DNA from: Azolla caroliniana
Lineage: Eukaryota > Plantae > Polypodiophyta
Length of the DNA stretch: 64,000 bases
Direction of reading: 5' to 3'
Assembly: GCA_043228905.1 (NCBI GenBank)
Contig: JBHGNT010000058.1
Location: 98,067-162,066, forward strand
In this document: positions 54,024 to 64,000 of the stretch, piece by piece
Position numbering within the stretch: position 1 is the first letter of the stretch
Layout: every line of letters begins with the position of its first letter
Translations under genes and position numbers: made by a program
Notes under the pieces: generated by a model
The model's database searches: none
The model's input: the letters and a program-made list of their open reading frames with translations, nothing else
What the model was told of the DNA's origin: nothing

Positions 54024-54267
54024 CTAGTTGGTTCAGATACTTGTTTTTTACACGAGACTCCCGGGTACAACAATTGGCATGGGAAAAACTAAATACATCA
54101 TAGATCATGAGTTAATATCTCATCGATAAAAACCCTTGAAATTATTAAATCTTAAAAACGAGAGTGTGTTGGAATAATCCTCAGTTTCTTGTTAATACTT
54201 GCACAATCTATAAATATTATTTATTACTAATCAATGATTGCAATATTAAAAAGTACACTACATATGA

Positions 54268-54340
54268 TCCATTGTAGTCTAGTTGGTTAGGATACTTGGC
54301 TTTCACCCGAGAGACTCGGGTTTAACTCCCGGCAATGGAA
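54268..54340 (+). pseudogene. tRNA-Glu-like copy, TTC anticodon variant
   Basis: All four stems can still pair (with G-U), but the T loop reads TTTAACT (C56>T), which damages the B box. Confidence 0.8.
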
Positions 54341-56971
54341 ACGACAATATCATATATAAAATTTCCGACGTATATCATGTGTTAATTGTTTGATAACTTC
54401 CGGGTACAACAATAGGCATTGGAAAAACTAGAGACATCATAGATCATGAGGTAATGTCGCATCGATAAAAACTTTTCAAATTATTAAATCTTAAAAATGA
54501 TAGTGTGTTAGAATAATCCTCAGTTTCTCGTTGATGCTTGCCTAATATATCAATATCACTTATTAATCTATGATTGCAATATATCTATACATAAGATAGG
54601 ATCCATTGTAGTCTAGTTGGTTAAGATACTCGGCTTTCACCAGAGAGACCCGTGTTCAACTCCCGGCAACGGAAACGACAATATCATATTATAAATTTCC
54701 AACGCATATCATGTGTTAACTGTTTGATAACTCAAAAACTCAAGACCTAAAATGTAAAATTAACAAAATAATCAATATTATGTTTGAAGGATTGATGACA
54801 AATTTAGTTTGGTTTTTATACATTTCGATAACTTGATAGAATTTCCAAACATACGCATAGATTGTAGAATAATGCTGAACTCTCGATCAACATTGCACCA
54901 TAGTTCTTTATTTGAAGAAAAGGACTAGAATATTACATTAACTAATTCATTTACTAAATTAATTCTATTGTAGTCTAGTTGGTTATCCTTGTTTTTTACA
55001 CGAGATTGCCGGGTACAACATTATGTTGTTCAGGAAAACAAGAAGCGGTAGATTTGGTTGTGGTTATTCTTGAACATCGATAGTTTCGATCACTTGATAC
55101 AATTTCAAACAATACGCATACATTGGAGAATAATGGTTAATTGTCGATGACTATTGCACTATGTTTCTTTATTTGTAAGAAAGGACTAGAATGGTACATT
55201 AACTAATTCATTAACAAAGGACTAGAATGGTACATTGTAATCAAGTTGCCTCGGATGCTTACTTTTTACCTGGGACGCCCGACTACAAGTAGATATATCA
55301 TATATCATGAGTTAATGTGGCATCGATAAAAATCCTTGAAATTATTAAATCCTAAAAACAATAGTGTGTTAGAATAATCCTCAGTTTTTCATTGATGCTT
55401 GCGCAATATATAAATATTATTTATTTCTAATCTATTATAGCAATATTGAAAAGCATAGAAGATGTGATCCATTGTAGTCTAGTTGGTTAGGATGATCGCA
55501 TCTCACCCGAGAGACCCGTGTTCAACTCCCGGTAATGGAAAAGACAATACCATATATCAAATTTTGCGACGCATGTCATGTGTGTACATGTCAAAAACTC
55601 AAGCCCTAAAGTAGTTCATACAATAATGTACAATTAACAAAATAATTAATATTATGTTTGAAGGATTGACAAAGAACTTTACTTTAATTTCTAAACTTAA
55701 TCCCATTATTCGATTAATGGTAGAGGTTTCGAATGAAATTGGACCAAACATTATGTTGTTCGGGAGAACAAGAAACAGTATATCTAGTTGTGGTTATTCA
55801 TGAACATTGTTACGATAAATTAGTACACCAACAATTATAGTTTGTATAACTTGATACAATTTTAAGCAATACGCATAGATTGCAAAATAATGGTCAACTG
55901 TCGACAAGCATTGCAGCATGTTTCTTTTTTTGTAGCAAAGCACTAGAATAGTACATTAACTAATTAATTTACTAAATTAATTCCATTGTAGTCTAGTTGG
56001 TTCGGATCCTTGTTTTTTACACGAGACTCCCGGGTACAACAATAGGCATTGGGAAAACTAGATACATCATAGATCATGAGGTAATGTGATATCGACAAAA
56101 ACCCTTGAAATTATTAAATCTTAAAAACGAGAGTGGGTTATAATAATCATCGGTTTCTCGTTGATGGTTGTGCAATAAATAAATATTATTTATTACCAAT
56201 CAATGATTTATCACTAATCAATAATTGCAATATTAAAAAGTGTACCAGATGTTATCCATGGAAGTCTAGTTGGTTAGAATACTCGGCTCTCACACGAGAG
56301 ACACGGGTTTAACTACCGGCAATGAAAACGACAATATCATATATTAAATTTCCGAGGCATATATTGTGTTAACTGTTTGATAACTCAAATAATCAAGACC
56401 TCAAGTAGATGTTACAATAATGTACAATTAACTAAATAATCAATATTATGTTTGAAGGATTGATGACGAACATTGCTTTCCTTTTTTTCTCCTAACATCA
56501 ATTTCTAAACTTAATCCCATTATTCAATCTAATAGTAGAGGTTTCAAATGAAATTTGACAAAATATTATTATGTTCGGGATAAGAAGAACCAATATATTT
56601 AGTCGTGGTTATTTCTCAACATTATTACGACAAACTAGTACACCAAGAATTATAATTTGGATAACTTGATAGAATTTCTTAAAATATGCATAGATTGTCG
56701 AATAATGGTGAATTCTCGCTGACATGGCACCATGTTTCTTTATTTGAAGTAAAGCACTAGAATATTACATTAACTAATGTATTTACTAAATGAATTCCAT
56801 TGTAGTCTAGTTGGTTTAGATCATTGTGTTTTACACAAGACTCCCAAGTACAGCAATTGGCATGAGAAAAACTAGATACATCATAGATCATGAGTTAATA
56901 TCGCATCGATTAAAACCCTTGGAATTATTAAATCTTAAAAAAAGAGTGTGTTCGAATAATCCTCAGTTTCT

Positions 56972-59900
56972 CGTTGATGCTTGCGCAATATATAAATTAT
57001 ATTTATTACTAATCAATGATTGGAATATTAAAAAGTACAGAAGATATGATCCATTGTAGTCTAGTTGGTTAGGATACTCGGATTTCACCTGAGAGACCTG
57101 TGTTCAAGTCCCGGCAATGGAAACGACAATATCATATATTAAATTTCTGACGCATATGATGTTTTAATTGTTTGATAACTCAAAAACTCAAGATTATGTT
57201 TGAAGGATTGATGATAAACTTTCCTCGATCAAGATTCCAAAAATACGCATTGATTGTCAAATAATGGTGAATTCTCGATTATCATTGCACCATGTTTGTT
57301 TATTTGAAAGAAAGCACTTGAATATTACATTAACCAATTCATTTACTAAATGAATTCCATTGTAGTCTAGTTCGTTCAGATCCTTGTTTTTTACACAAGA
57401 CTCCCGGGTACAACAATAGGCATTGGAAAAACTAGATACATTATAGATGATGAGGTAATGTCGCATCGATAAAAACCATTGAAATTATTAAATATTAAAA
57501 ACGAGAATGTGGTTACGACAAATTAGTACACTGACAATTATAGTTTGGATAACTTGATAGAATTGCCAAAAATATGCATAGATTGTAGAATAATGGTGAA
57601 CTCTCGATCCACATTGCACCATATTTCTTTATTTGAAGCAAAGCACTAGAATATTACATTAACTAATTCATTTACTAAATAAATTCCATTGTTGCCTAGT
57701 TGGTTCGGATCCTCATTTTTTTACGCATAGATTGCAGAATTATGGTCAACTATCGAGAGACCCAGGTTCAACTCCCACCAATAGAAAAGACAATATCATA
57801 TATCATATTTTGTGACGCATGTCGTGTGTTAAGTGTTCGATAACTGAAAAATTGAAGACATAAAGTAGTTGTTACAATAATGTACAATTAACAAAATAAT
57901 CAATATTATGTTTGAAGGATTGATAAAGAACTATAGTTTGATTTTTTTCTCCTAACATTAATTTCTAAACTTAATCCCATTATTCAATTAAAAGGAGAGG
58001 TGTCAAATGAAATTTGACATAACATTATGTATTTCGGGACAAGAAAAAGCAATATATTTAGGCGTGGTTATTCCTCAACATCGTTACGACAATTATAGTT
58101 TGGGTAGCTTGATACAATTTCCAAAAATACGCATAGATTGTAGATTTATAGTGAACTCTCAATGATCATTGCACCATGTTTCTTTATTTGAAGCAAGGCA
58201 CTAGAATATTACATTAACTAATTCATTTACTCAATGAATTCCATTGTAGTCTAGTTGGATCAGATCCTTGTATTTTACACGAGACTCCCGGGTACATCAA
58301 TAGGCATTGGGAAAACTATATACATCATAGATCATGATATATTGTGGCATTGATAAAAACCCTTAAAATTATTAAAGCTTAACAACGAGAGTGTGTTAGA
58401 ATAATCCTTTGTTTCTCATTGATGCTTGTGAAATATATAAATATTATCTATTATTACTCAATGACTGCAATATTAAAAAGTGCAAAAGATGTGATCCATC
58501 ATAGTCTAGTTGTTTAGGATACTCGGCTCTCACCCGAGAGACCTGGGTTCAACTTCCGGCAATGGAAACGACAATATCATATATTAAATTTCCCACGCAT
58601 ATCATGTGCTAACTATTGGATAATTTAGAAACTCAAGATCAAGATCTAAAGTAGTTGTGACAATAATGTACAATTAACAAAATAAACAATATTATGTCTG
58701 AAGGATTGATGAGTAACTTTACCTTGATTTTTTTCTCGTAACATCAATTTCTAAAGTTAATCCAATTATTCAATTAATGGTAGAGGTTTCAAATGAAATT
58801 GGACAAAACATTATGTTTTTGAGGATAACAAGAAGCAGTAGATTTAGGTGGGGTTACTACACCAACAATTATAGCTTGGATAACTCGATACAATATAAAA
58901 CAATACGCAGAATAATGGTCAACTGTCGACAAGCATTCCACATGTTTCTTTATTTGTAGCAAAGCACTAGAATAGTACATTAACTAATTCATTTGATAAA
59001 TGAATTCCATTGTAATCAAGTTGCCTCGGATGCTTGCTTTTTACCCGAGACGCACGACTATAAGTAGATATATCATATATTATGAGTTAATGTGGCATCG
59101 ATAAAAACCCTTGAAATTATTAAATCTTAAAACCGAGAGTGTGTTAGAATAATCCTCAGTTTTTCGTTGATGGTTGCGAAAAATATTTATATTATTTTTT
59201 TCTAATCAATGATTGCAATAATAGAAAGCAGAGAAGATGTAATCCATTGTAGTCTAGTTGGTTAGAATACTCCGCTCCTACCCAAGAGAACCGGGTTAAA
59301 CTCCCATCAATGGATACATCATAGCTCATGAGTTAATTTGGCATCGATAGAAATCCGTGAAATTATTAAATCTTAAAAACGAGACTGTGTTAGAATAATC
59401 CTGTGTTTCTCGTAGATGCTTGCACAATATATAAATATTATTTATTTTTTTCTTCTAACATGAATTTCTAAACTTAGTCCCATTATTCAATTAATGGTAC
59501 ACCTTTCAAATGAAATTTGAGAAAACATTATGTTGTTCGATATAACAAGAAGAAGTATATTTAGTTCTGGTTATTCCACAACTTTTTTACAACAAATTAT
59601 TTCTTTATTTCTAACAAAGGACTAAAAGTAAATATATCCTATATCATGAGTTAATATGGCATCGATAAAAACCCTTGAAATTATTAAATCTTAAAAACGA
59701 CAGTGTGTTAGAATAATCATTATTTTTTCGTTGATACCTGCGAAATATATAAATATTATTAATTTCTAATCAATGATAAAAAGATTAAAAAGCACACAAG
59801 ATCTGATCTACGATAGTCTAGTTGGTTAGGATACTCGGCCCTCACCTGAGAGACCCAGGTTCAACTCCCGGCAATGGAAACGATAATATCATATATTAAA

Positions 59901-60396
59901 TTTCTGATGCATATCAGGTGTTAACTCTTTGATAACTCAAAAACTGAAGTCCTAAAGTAGGTGTTACAATAATGTACAATTAACAAAATAATCAATTTTA
60001 TGTTTCAACGATTGATGACGAACTTTACTTTGATTTTCTTCTCCTAACATCAATTTCTAAACTTCATTCCATTATTCGATTAATGGTAGAGGTTTCAAAA
60101 GAAATTGGACAAAATATTATGTTGTTCGGGACAACAAGAAGAAGAAAATATTATGTGGTTACTCCTCAACATTATTACGATAAATTAGTACACCAACAAT
60201 TATAGTTTAGATAACTTGATTCAATTTCAAACAATATGCATAGATTGCAGAATAATTTTCAACTGTCGACAAGCATGATACCATTTTTCTTTATTTGTAG
60301 CATAGCACTAGAATAGTACATTCACTAACTCATTTACTAAATGAATTCCACTGTAATCAAGTTGCCTCGAATCGTTGATTTTTACCCGAGACGCGT
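56972..60396 (+). repeat. Higher-order duplicate of positions 1-3406
   Basis: Same order of monomer variants and deletion junctions; identical spurious ORFs at offset 56971 (1806 vs 58777). Confidence 0.95.
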
Positions 60397-61239
60397 TGTC
60401 GTAGTGTAGGTTGCACACTATGTGGAAATTATATTTTTGTCCCTCCGGATAGAGAATGGAGTGCTCGGTGAGAACCGGAAGAAAACGGCATACCGGCAAG
60501 GAGGAAAACGGCATACCGGCAAGGAGGAAAAACGGCATACCGGCAAGGAAGAAAACGGCATACCGGCAAGGAAGAGCCGGATAAAGAGACATAAATGTAA
60601 AAAAAAAGGAAATACTCACTACTGCGCAGGGCGTGAGTCGAACTCTGCACCTCCACGTTGACAAACCCCAACCTTACCATTACATTAAATTATCTTAAGT
60701 GTTTTAAATATAGATTTAATATGTATAAGACCTTTATTTATGCATACCTTTATTAAAAGGTAAATCGTGTATTTCTTTAATATATGAAAAAGAAAAAACA
60801 CGAGACACTAAAAATAACTCATGCACATCTAGCGTGCATGAGCCCTATACTTAGGAAATAAAAAAAAAGCATCACATGCACATTTAGTGGACATGAACAC
60901 TTTTTGTAAAAAAAAAAAAAAAAAAGCATGAAGCCATGCTTAGCTCTTCTTTCCTTATATAAGGAGGAGAGAAATATGTAAAGGGTTGATGATTATTTGG
61001 ATTAAGTATTAATCAATACAAAAATTATTCGTGGGATTCACGATTTATACATCTACTTCTCTCTTAACACCCTAAGTACCAATTAATATAGTATACTCGT
61101 GTGATTCACGAGTTTCTTATCTTTCTCTTTGCTATTTACTCATAATTAATCTCTATCTCACGAACTTCTTTCTCCTAGTCCAAGACCTCTGTGGTTCCCA
61201 CCCGACTCACGCAACGATCCGCAGCCGAAAGGCACGACA
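60397..61239 (+). repeat. 5' LTR (843 bp)
   Basis: TGTCGT...ACGACA inverted termini; TATATAA near 60955; PBS follows after 4 nt. Confidence 0.88.
60481..60573 (+). repeat. 23-bp tandem repeat x4 in U3 (GAAAACGGCATACCGGCAAGGAR)
   Basis: Directly visible. Confidence 0.92.
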
Positions 61240-61243
61240 CAGT

Positions 61244-61261
61244 TGGTGAACCCGACGTGAA
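61244..61261 (+). promoter_or_regulatory. Primer-binding site, tRNA-Trp
   Basis: TGGTGAACCCGACGTGAA is complementary to the 3' end TTCACGTCGGGTTCA-CCA of plant cytosolic tRNA-Trp (sequence recalled, not searched). Confidence 0.85.
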
Positions 61262-61277
61262 GACGGGTGGCAAGGAG

Positions 61278-63317
61278 ATGGAGGCTCAACAAGCTAACAA
61301 TATGATGGCGATGTTCGAACGGATGCTTCAAGAACAACGCACGATGTCGGAGATTTCGGCATCAGTAGAGCGGCTCGTGCAACGCAACGGGCAATTTAAT
61401 GGTAAGGATGTGTTGCGATATTTGCAGGACTACAAGGCGGAGATGCTCCGGTGCCGGGCTTCGGAAGGACTGCAAGTGACATCCTTTAACCGGGTGGCGA
61501 CCGACGGGCTTCAAGGGAGTATCCACGGGTTGCAACAACAAAATCCGACGTGGGAAGCATTCGAAGAGGCGTTAAAGACCACGTTTGCCATCGAGGACTC
61601 CTCCAAGGCAACGCGGAGGGGATTCGAGGATTGGGTGGAAACGTCAGGTAAGGGGCTGAAGGTCCTCGAAGTGTTTTCGACATTCGAAGGTCGGTTCGGG
61701 AGGTTGTCCGCGAGAGATCAAACTATTCTTGCACCGGACAAAGTCATCATGTTTTTGCGAGCTGTGGACGTCCGGGACCGGAAAGATCTCGGAGTGCTTC
61801 TTGAGGACACGACCACCGAAAGCGGCCTCACCGAAACATGGGAAAGCGTGCGGGATATCGTCGCGCGGTACACGAAGAGGGGGCAATGGCTTGCCAACGA
61901 AGAAAAGAGGGTTTCGGAACCAATTCCGAAACCGAGAACGGGACTGGAAGACCATCAACCGAGGGCTCGGGAGATTACGGCCGAGAAGGGAGTCGACGCG
62001 TCTACGGTGGAGCAGCTGCTGAAGGAGATGGAGAATCTAAAGATCGCGATAGTGAAGAAGTCGGACGACCGCCCCACAAGCTCCAAATATACGGATCAAT
62101 GGTGCATATGGTGCGATAGCGCCGAACACGATCGGAGGGATTGCGACGACCATAAGGAGGCGCTACGACGGGATCTCATCTACTACGAGGGAAACCAGAT
62201 TCATTCGATGGACTCTCGGAAGCCACTCCGACCGAACTTCCGGAAAGGCGGCATGAAGAAGGTGCTCGAGGAGGAGTTAGCGGCAAGAAGAAACTATGCG
62301 ACAACCGCGGGAATATGTGTCGGGGAGTCAACGGGAGCGAAGGCGTCTTTCTGGCCGGAGGTGCTAGGAAACACCGAGAAAACCGACTCCAACGATATCC
62401 GAAACACCGCGGAAGGCGTCCGGGAAGCTACGGGATGGGAGTGCCCTGTCGACAAGAATAGCATATACACCCTGTGTCAATTACATGAGGTGTATGTGGA
62501 CGAGAAACGACGGCGCACGGAGGATGCGGCCGGACCATCGAAGATACCGGAAAGCTGGAACTCCGGAGGTAAGGGAAAAGAAAAGGCGACTTCGGCATTC
62601 AAGCTCGCCTCGGACATAGAGCAACAAACCGACTTGAAAAGAGTGTTCGAGGAAAGAATCTTGGATAGCCGGGTAGATTTTTCGCTGCGGGAATTACTCG
62701 GAATAGCGAAGAAGGAGTTTCACGATCTTCTCGTGGATCTCGTGAAAAGGAAGAGACAAAGTACGGAGGAAAATGCTCCAAGGGTGAATGCAAATACCGT
62801 TTCAATGAACGACACCGAAGTGGAAGGCGAAATTCCGAACTCCCACTATACAAGGCCACACTGGGCACGTGCGATTACGGAGACTCCGGTCCGAATCGGC
62901 AACATCAAAGAACCCGTGCTAGCATTGATTGATCACGGATCGGAGATCAACTTGATGTCCAAGGAGTTCTACCGAAAGGGGAAGTGGCCTATAAACACCA
63001 ACCATGGATGGAAGATTCGGGCAGCCACGAAAACGACAGAAGACCTATTTGCGGCTTGTCCGGATGTGACGGTAAAGATCGGGGATGTCGAAATTGACCA
63101 AAATTTCTTTGTGCAGGATGAGGTTTCACATTCTGTCATCCTCGGCCAACCCTTTATCACGGCTTCACGGATGGAGACGAAGGTGCTCGATAGTGGTGCG
63201 GCTTTTGCGCGAATTCGGAGCCAAAACGGAGGGAAATCCGTCCAATTCCTAACGGTGCCGGCAAATCACGAAAGGAACAAGAGGGAACTCTTGTCCCAAG
63301 TGAGAATGGATTTTTAA
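61278..63317 (+). CDS. gag: Gag-protease polyprotein (679 aa)
   Basis: First ATG after the PBS, in frame with track ORF 61191-63317; FNGKDVLRYL, knuckle CIWCDSAEHDRRDC, protease ALIDHGSEINLM and VILGQPF. Confidence 0.88.
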   Translation: MEAQQANNMMAMFERMLQEQRTMSEISASVERLVQRNGQFNGKDVLRYLQDYKAEMLRCRASEGLQVTSFNRVATDGLQGSIHGLQQQNPTWEAFEEALKTTFAIEDSSKATRRGFEDWVETSGKGLKVLEVFSTFEGRFGRLSARDQTILAPDKVIMFLRAVDVRDRKDLGVLLEDTTTESGLTETWESVRDIVARYTKRGQWLANEEKRVSEPIPKPRTGLEDHQPRAREITAEKGVDASTVEQLLKEMENLKIAIVKKSDDRPTSSKYTDQWCIWCDSAEHDRRDCDDHKEALRRDLIYYEGNQIHSMDSRKPLRPNFRKGGMKKVLEEELAARRNYATTAGICVGESTGAKASFWPEVLGNTEKTDSNDIRNTAEGVREATGWECPVDKNSIYTLCQLHEVYVDEKRRRTEDAAGPSKIPESWNSGGKGKEKATSAFKLASDIEQQTDLKRVFEERILDSRVDFSLRELLGIAKKEFHDLLVDLVKRKRQSTEENAPRVNANTVSMNDTEVEGEIPNSHYTRPHWARAITETPVRIGNIKEPVLALIDHGSEINLMSKEFYRKGKWPINTNHGWKIRAATKTTEDLFAACPDVTVKIGDVEIDQNFFVQDEVSHSVILGQPFITASRMETKVLDSGAAFARIRSQNGGKSVQFLTVPANHERNKRELLSQVRMDF

Positions 63318-63371
63318 AGCGGACTGTTGCAGAGTGGGGAAGTGATAGTCCGAGAAGCCCTGATACCCCAC
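63308..63371 (+). promoter_or_regulatory. Putative -1 frameshift signal with H-type pseudoknot
   Basis: G GAT TTT immediately before the TAA; 5-nt spacer; stem 63320-63330/63342-63352; loop GTGGGG can pair with CCCCAC at 63366-63371. Confidence 0.78.
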
Positions 63372-64000
63372 ACAGGAAGAAAACTCTCGGAGCAAAACAA
63401 GTACGAATCGGCCCGGATGGGGCATCTACGTACACGGCCGTAACCGGAGGAATGAAGAAACAATACCGACAAGTGGAGGATAAGTTACGGTCGGCATCAA
63501 TAATAAAAGAAGACGAAGAAATCGTGGGAGTGATCGAGGAAGTGTTCTATGGGAATACACTACAACGGCTTGAAGAGCTTGCGGAAGATAAAAGCCAAGG
63601 GAACCGGGTAGTCCCGGTGGAATCGGTCGAGATGTACGAGATCGTTGCGAAAATGGGGCCGGATGCGCTCCGCAAAGAAGAAGCAATGGTAAGTACGAAA
63701 TACAAGACCGTGGAGAAGAAGGTGAAACCGGCCGCAGGACCACTACCCGCCGATAGCGAACAAAAGAAGAAAGAAGTCTCGGGAGATCCGACACTTCGGA
63801 AGTCCGTGGATATCGGACATGCCTTCACAGATGAGACCCGGAAGAAACTTCGGATCGGTGGAGGTGGGTTCCTCTTACAAGAAGAAGAAAAACGGTTTCG
63901 AGAGATGTTGGAGCAACATGGCAAAGCATTCGCGTTCACATCGAGGGAGATCGGATGCATTGATCCAAAGATAGTGGAGCCGATGGTGATTTTCACGATT
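63308..64000 (+). CDS. pol: Pol N-terminal part (pre-RT and start of RT) in the -1 frame, partial
   Basis: Translated by hand with no stop to the window end: ...TKYKTVEKKVKPAAGPLP...FREMLEQHGKAFAFTSREIGCIDPKIVEPMVIFTI. Absent from the ORF track because it has no stop in the window. Confidence 0.85.

Larger units (their letters stand above)
54024..60396 (+). repeat. tRNA-Glu-derived satellite, block 5
   Basis: Resumes in register after the chromovirus TSD; ends at the TGTCG start of the right-hand LTR. Confidence 0.95.
60397..64000 (+). mobile_element. Ty3/gypsy LTR retrotransposon, apparently intact 5' part, runs off the window
   Basis: LTR, tRNA-Trp PBS, uninterrupted gag-protease ORF and an open -1 pol frame; empty site present at 3401-3411. 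Confidence 0.93.

Noticed and set aside
1-60396. CRISPR array
   Set aside because: Spacers are homologous to each other, the period is ~795 bp, there are no cas genes and the context is eukaryotic.
1-60396. 5S rDNA or spliced-leader array
   Set aside because: The conserved unit is a 73-nt cloverleaf with a Glu anticodon; no 5S or snRNA motifs were recognised.
1-60396. Cluster of independent tRNA-derived SINE insertions
   Set aside because: No poly(A) tails or TSDs, and the upstream flanks are homologous between copies, which indicates DNA-level tandem amplification.
61191-61277. GTG start for gag as given in the ORF track
   Set aside because: It lies inside the LTR and upstream of the PBS; the ATG at 61278 is the plausible start.

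Overview
AT-rich, gene-free plant heterochromatin, probably from a non-seed land plant such as a moss (inferred from the tRNA sequence and retroelement types). About 47 kb is a tandem satellite of ~780-800 bp monomers, heavily rearranged. Each monomer carries a near-intact tRNA-Glu(CTC) sequence (about 65 copies counted by eye), a gap-free degenerate copy 255 bp upstream, and a barely recognisable third copy ~260 bp downstream. The monomer therefore looks like a fossil trimer of a ~265-bp tRNA-gene unit. Five elements interrupt the array: (1) a 5'-truncated L1-type LINE (20836-23325, minus strand); (2) an AT-rich insert with palindromic subrepeats and one CAC-type end (27753-30632); (3) a solo LTR (36718-38010, TSD ACGC); (4) a decayed chromodomain Ty3/gypsy element (46935-54023, minus strand, TSD CTAGT) with a Tf1-type self-priming PBS and a tRNA-like A/B-box in its LTR; (5) an apparently intact non-chromodomain-type Ty3/gypsy element running off the right edge (from 60397, plus strand) with a tRNA-Trp PBS and a -1 frameshift signal. 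All four retroelements sit inside the same ~40-bp part of the degenerate tRNA copy. Multi-kb blocks of the array are duplicated, including 1-3406 at 56972-60396. All counts, alignments and divergences were done by eye; no database search was run.
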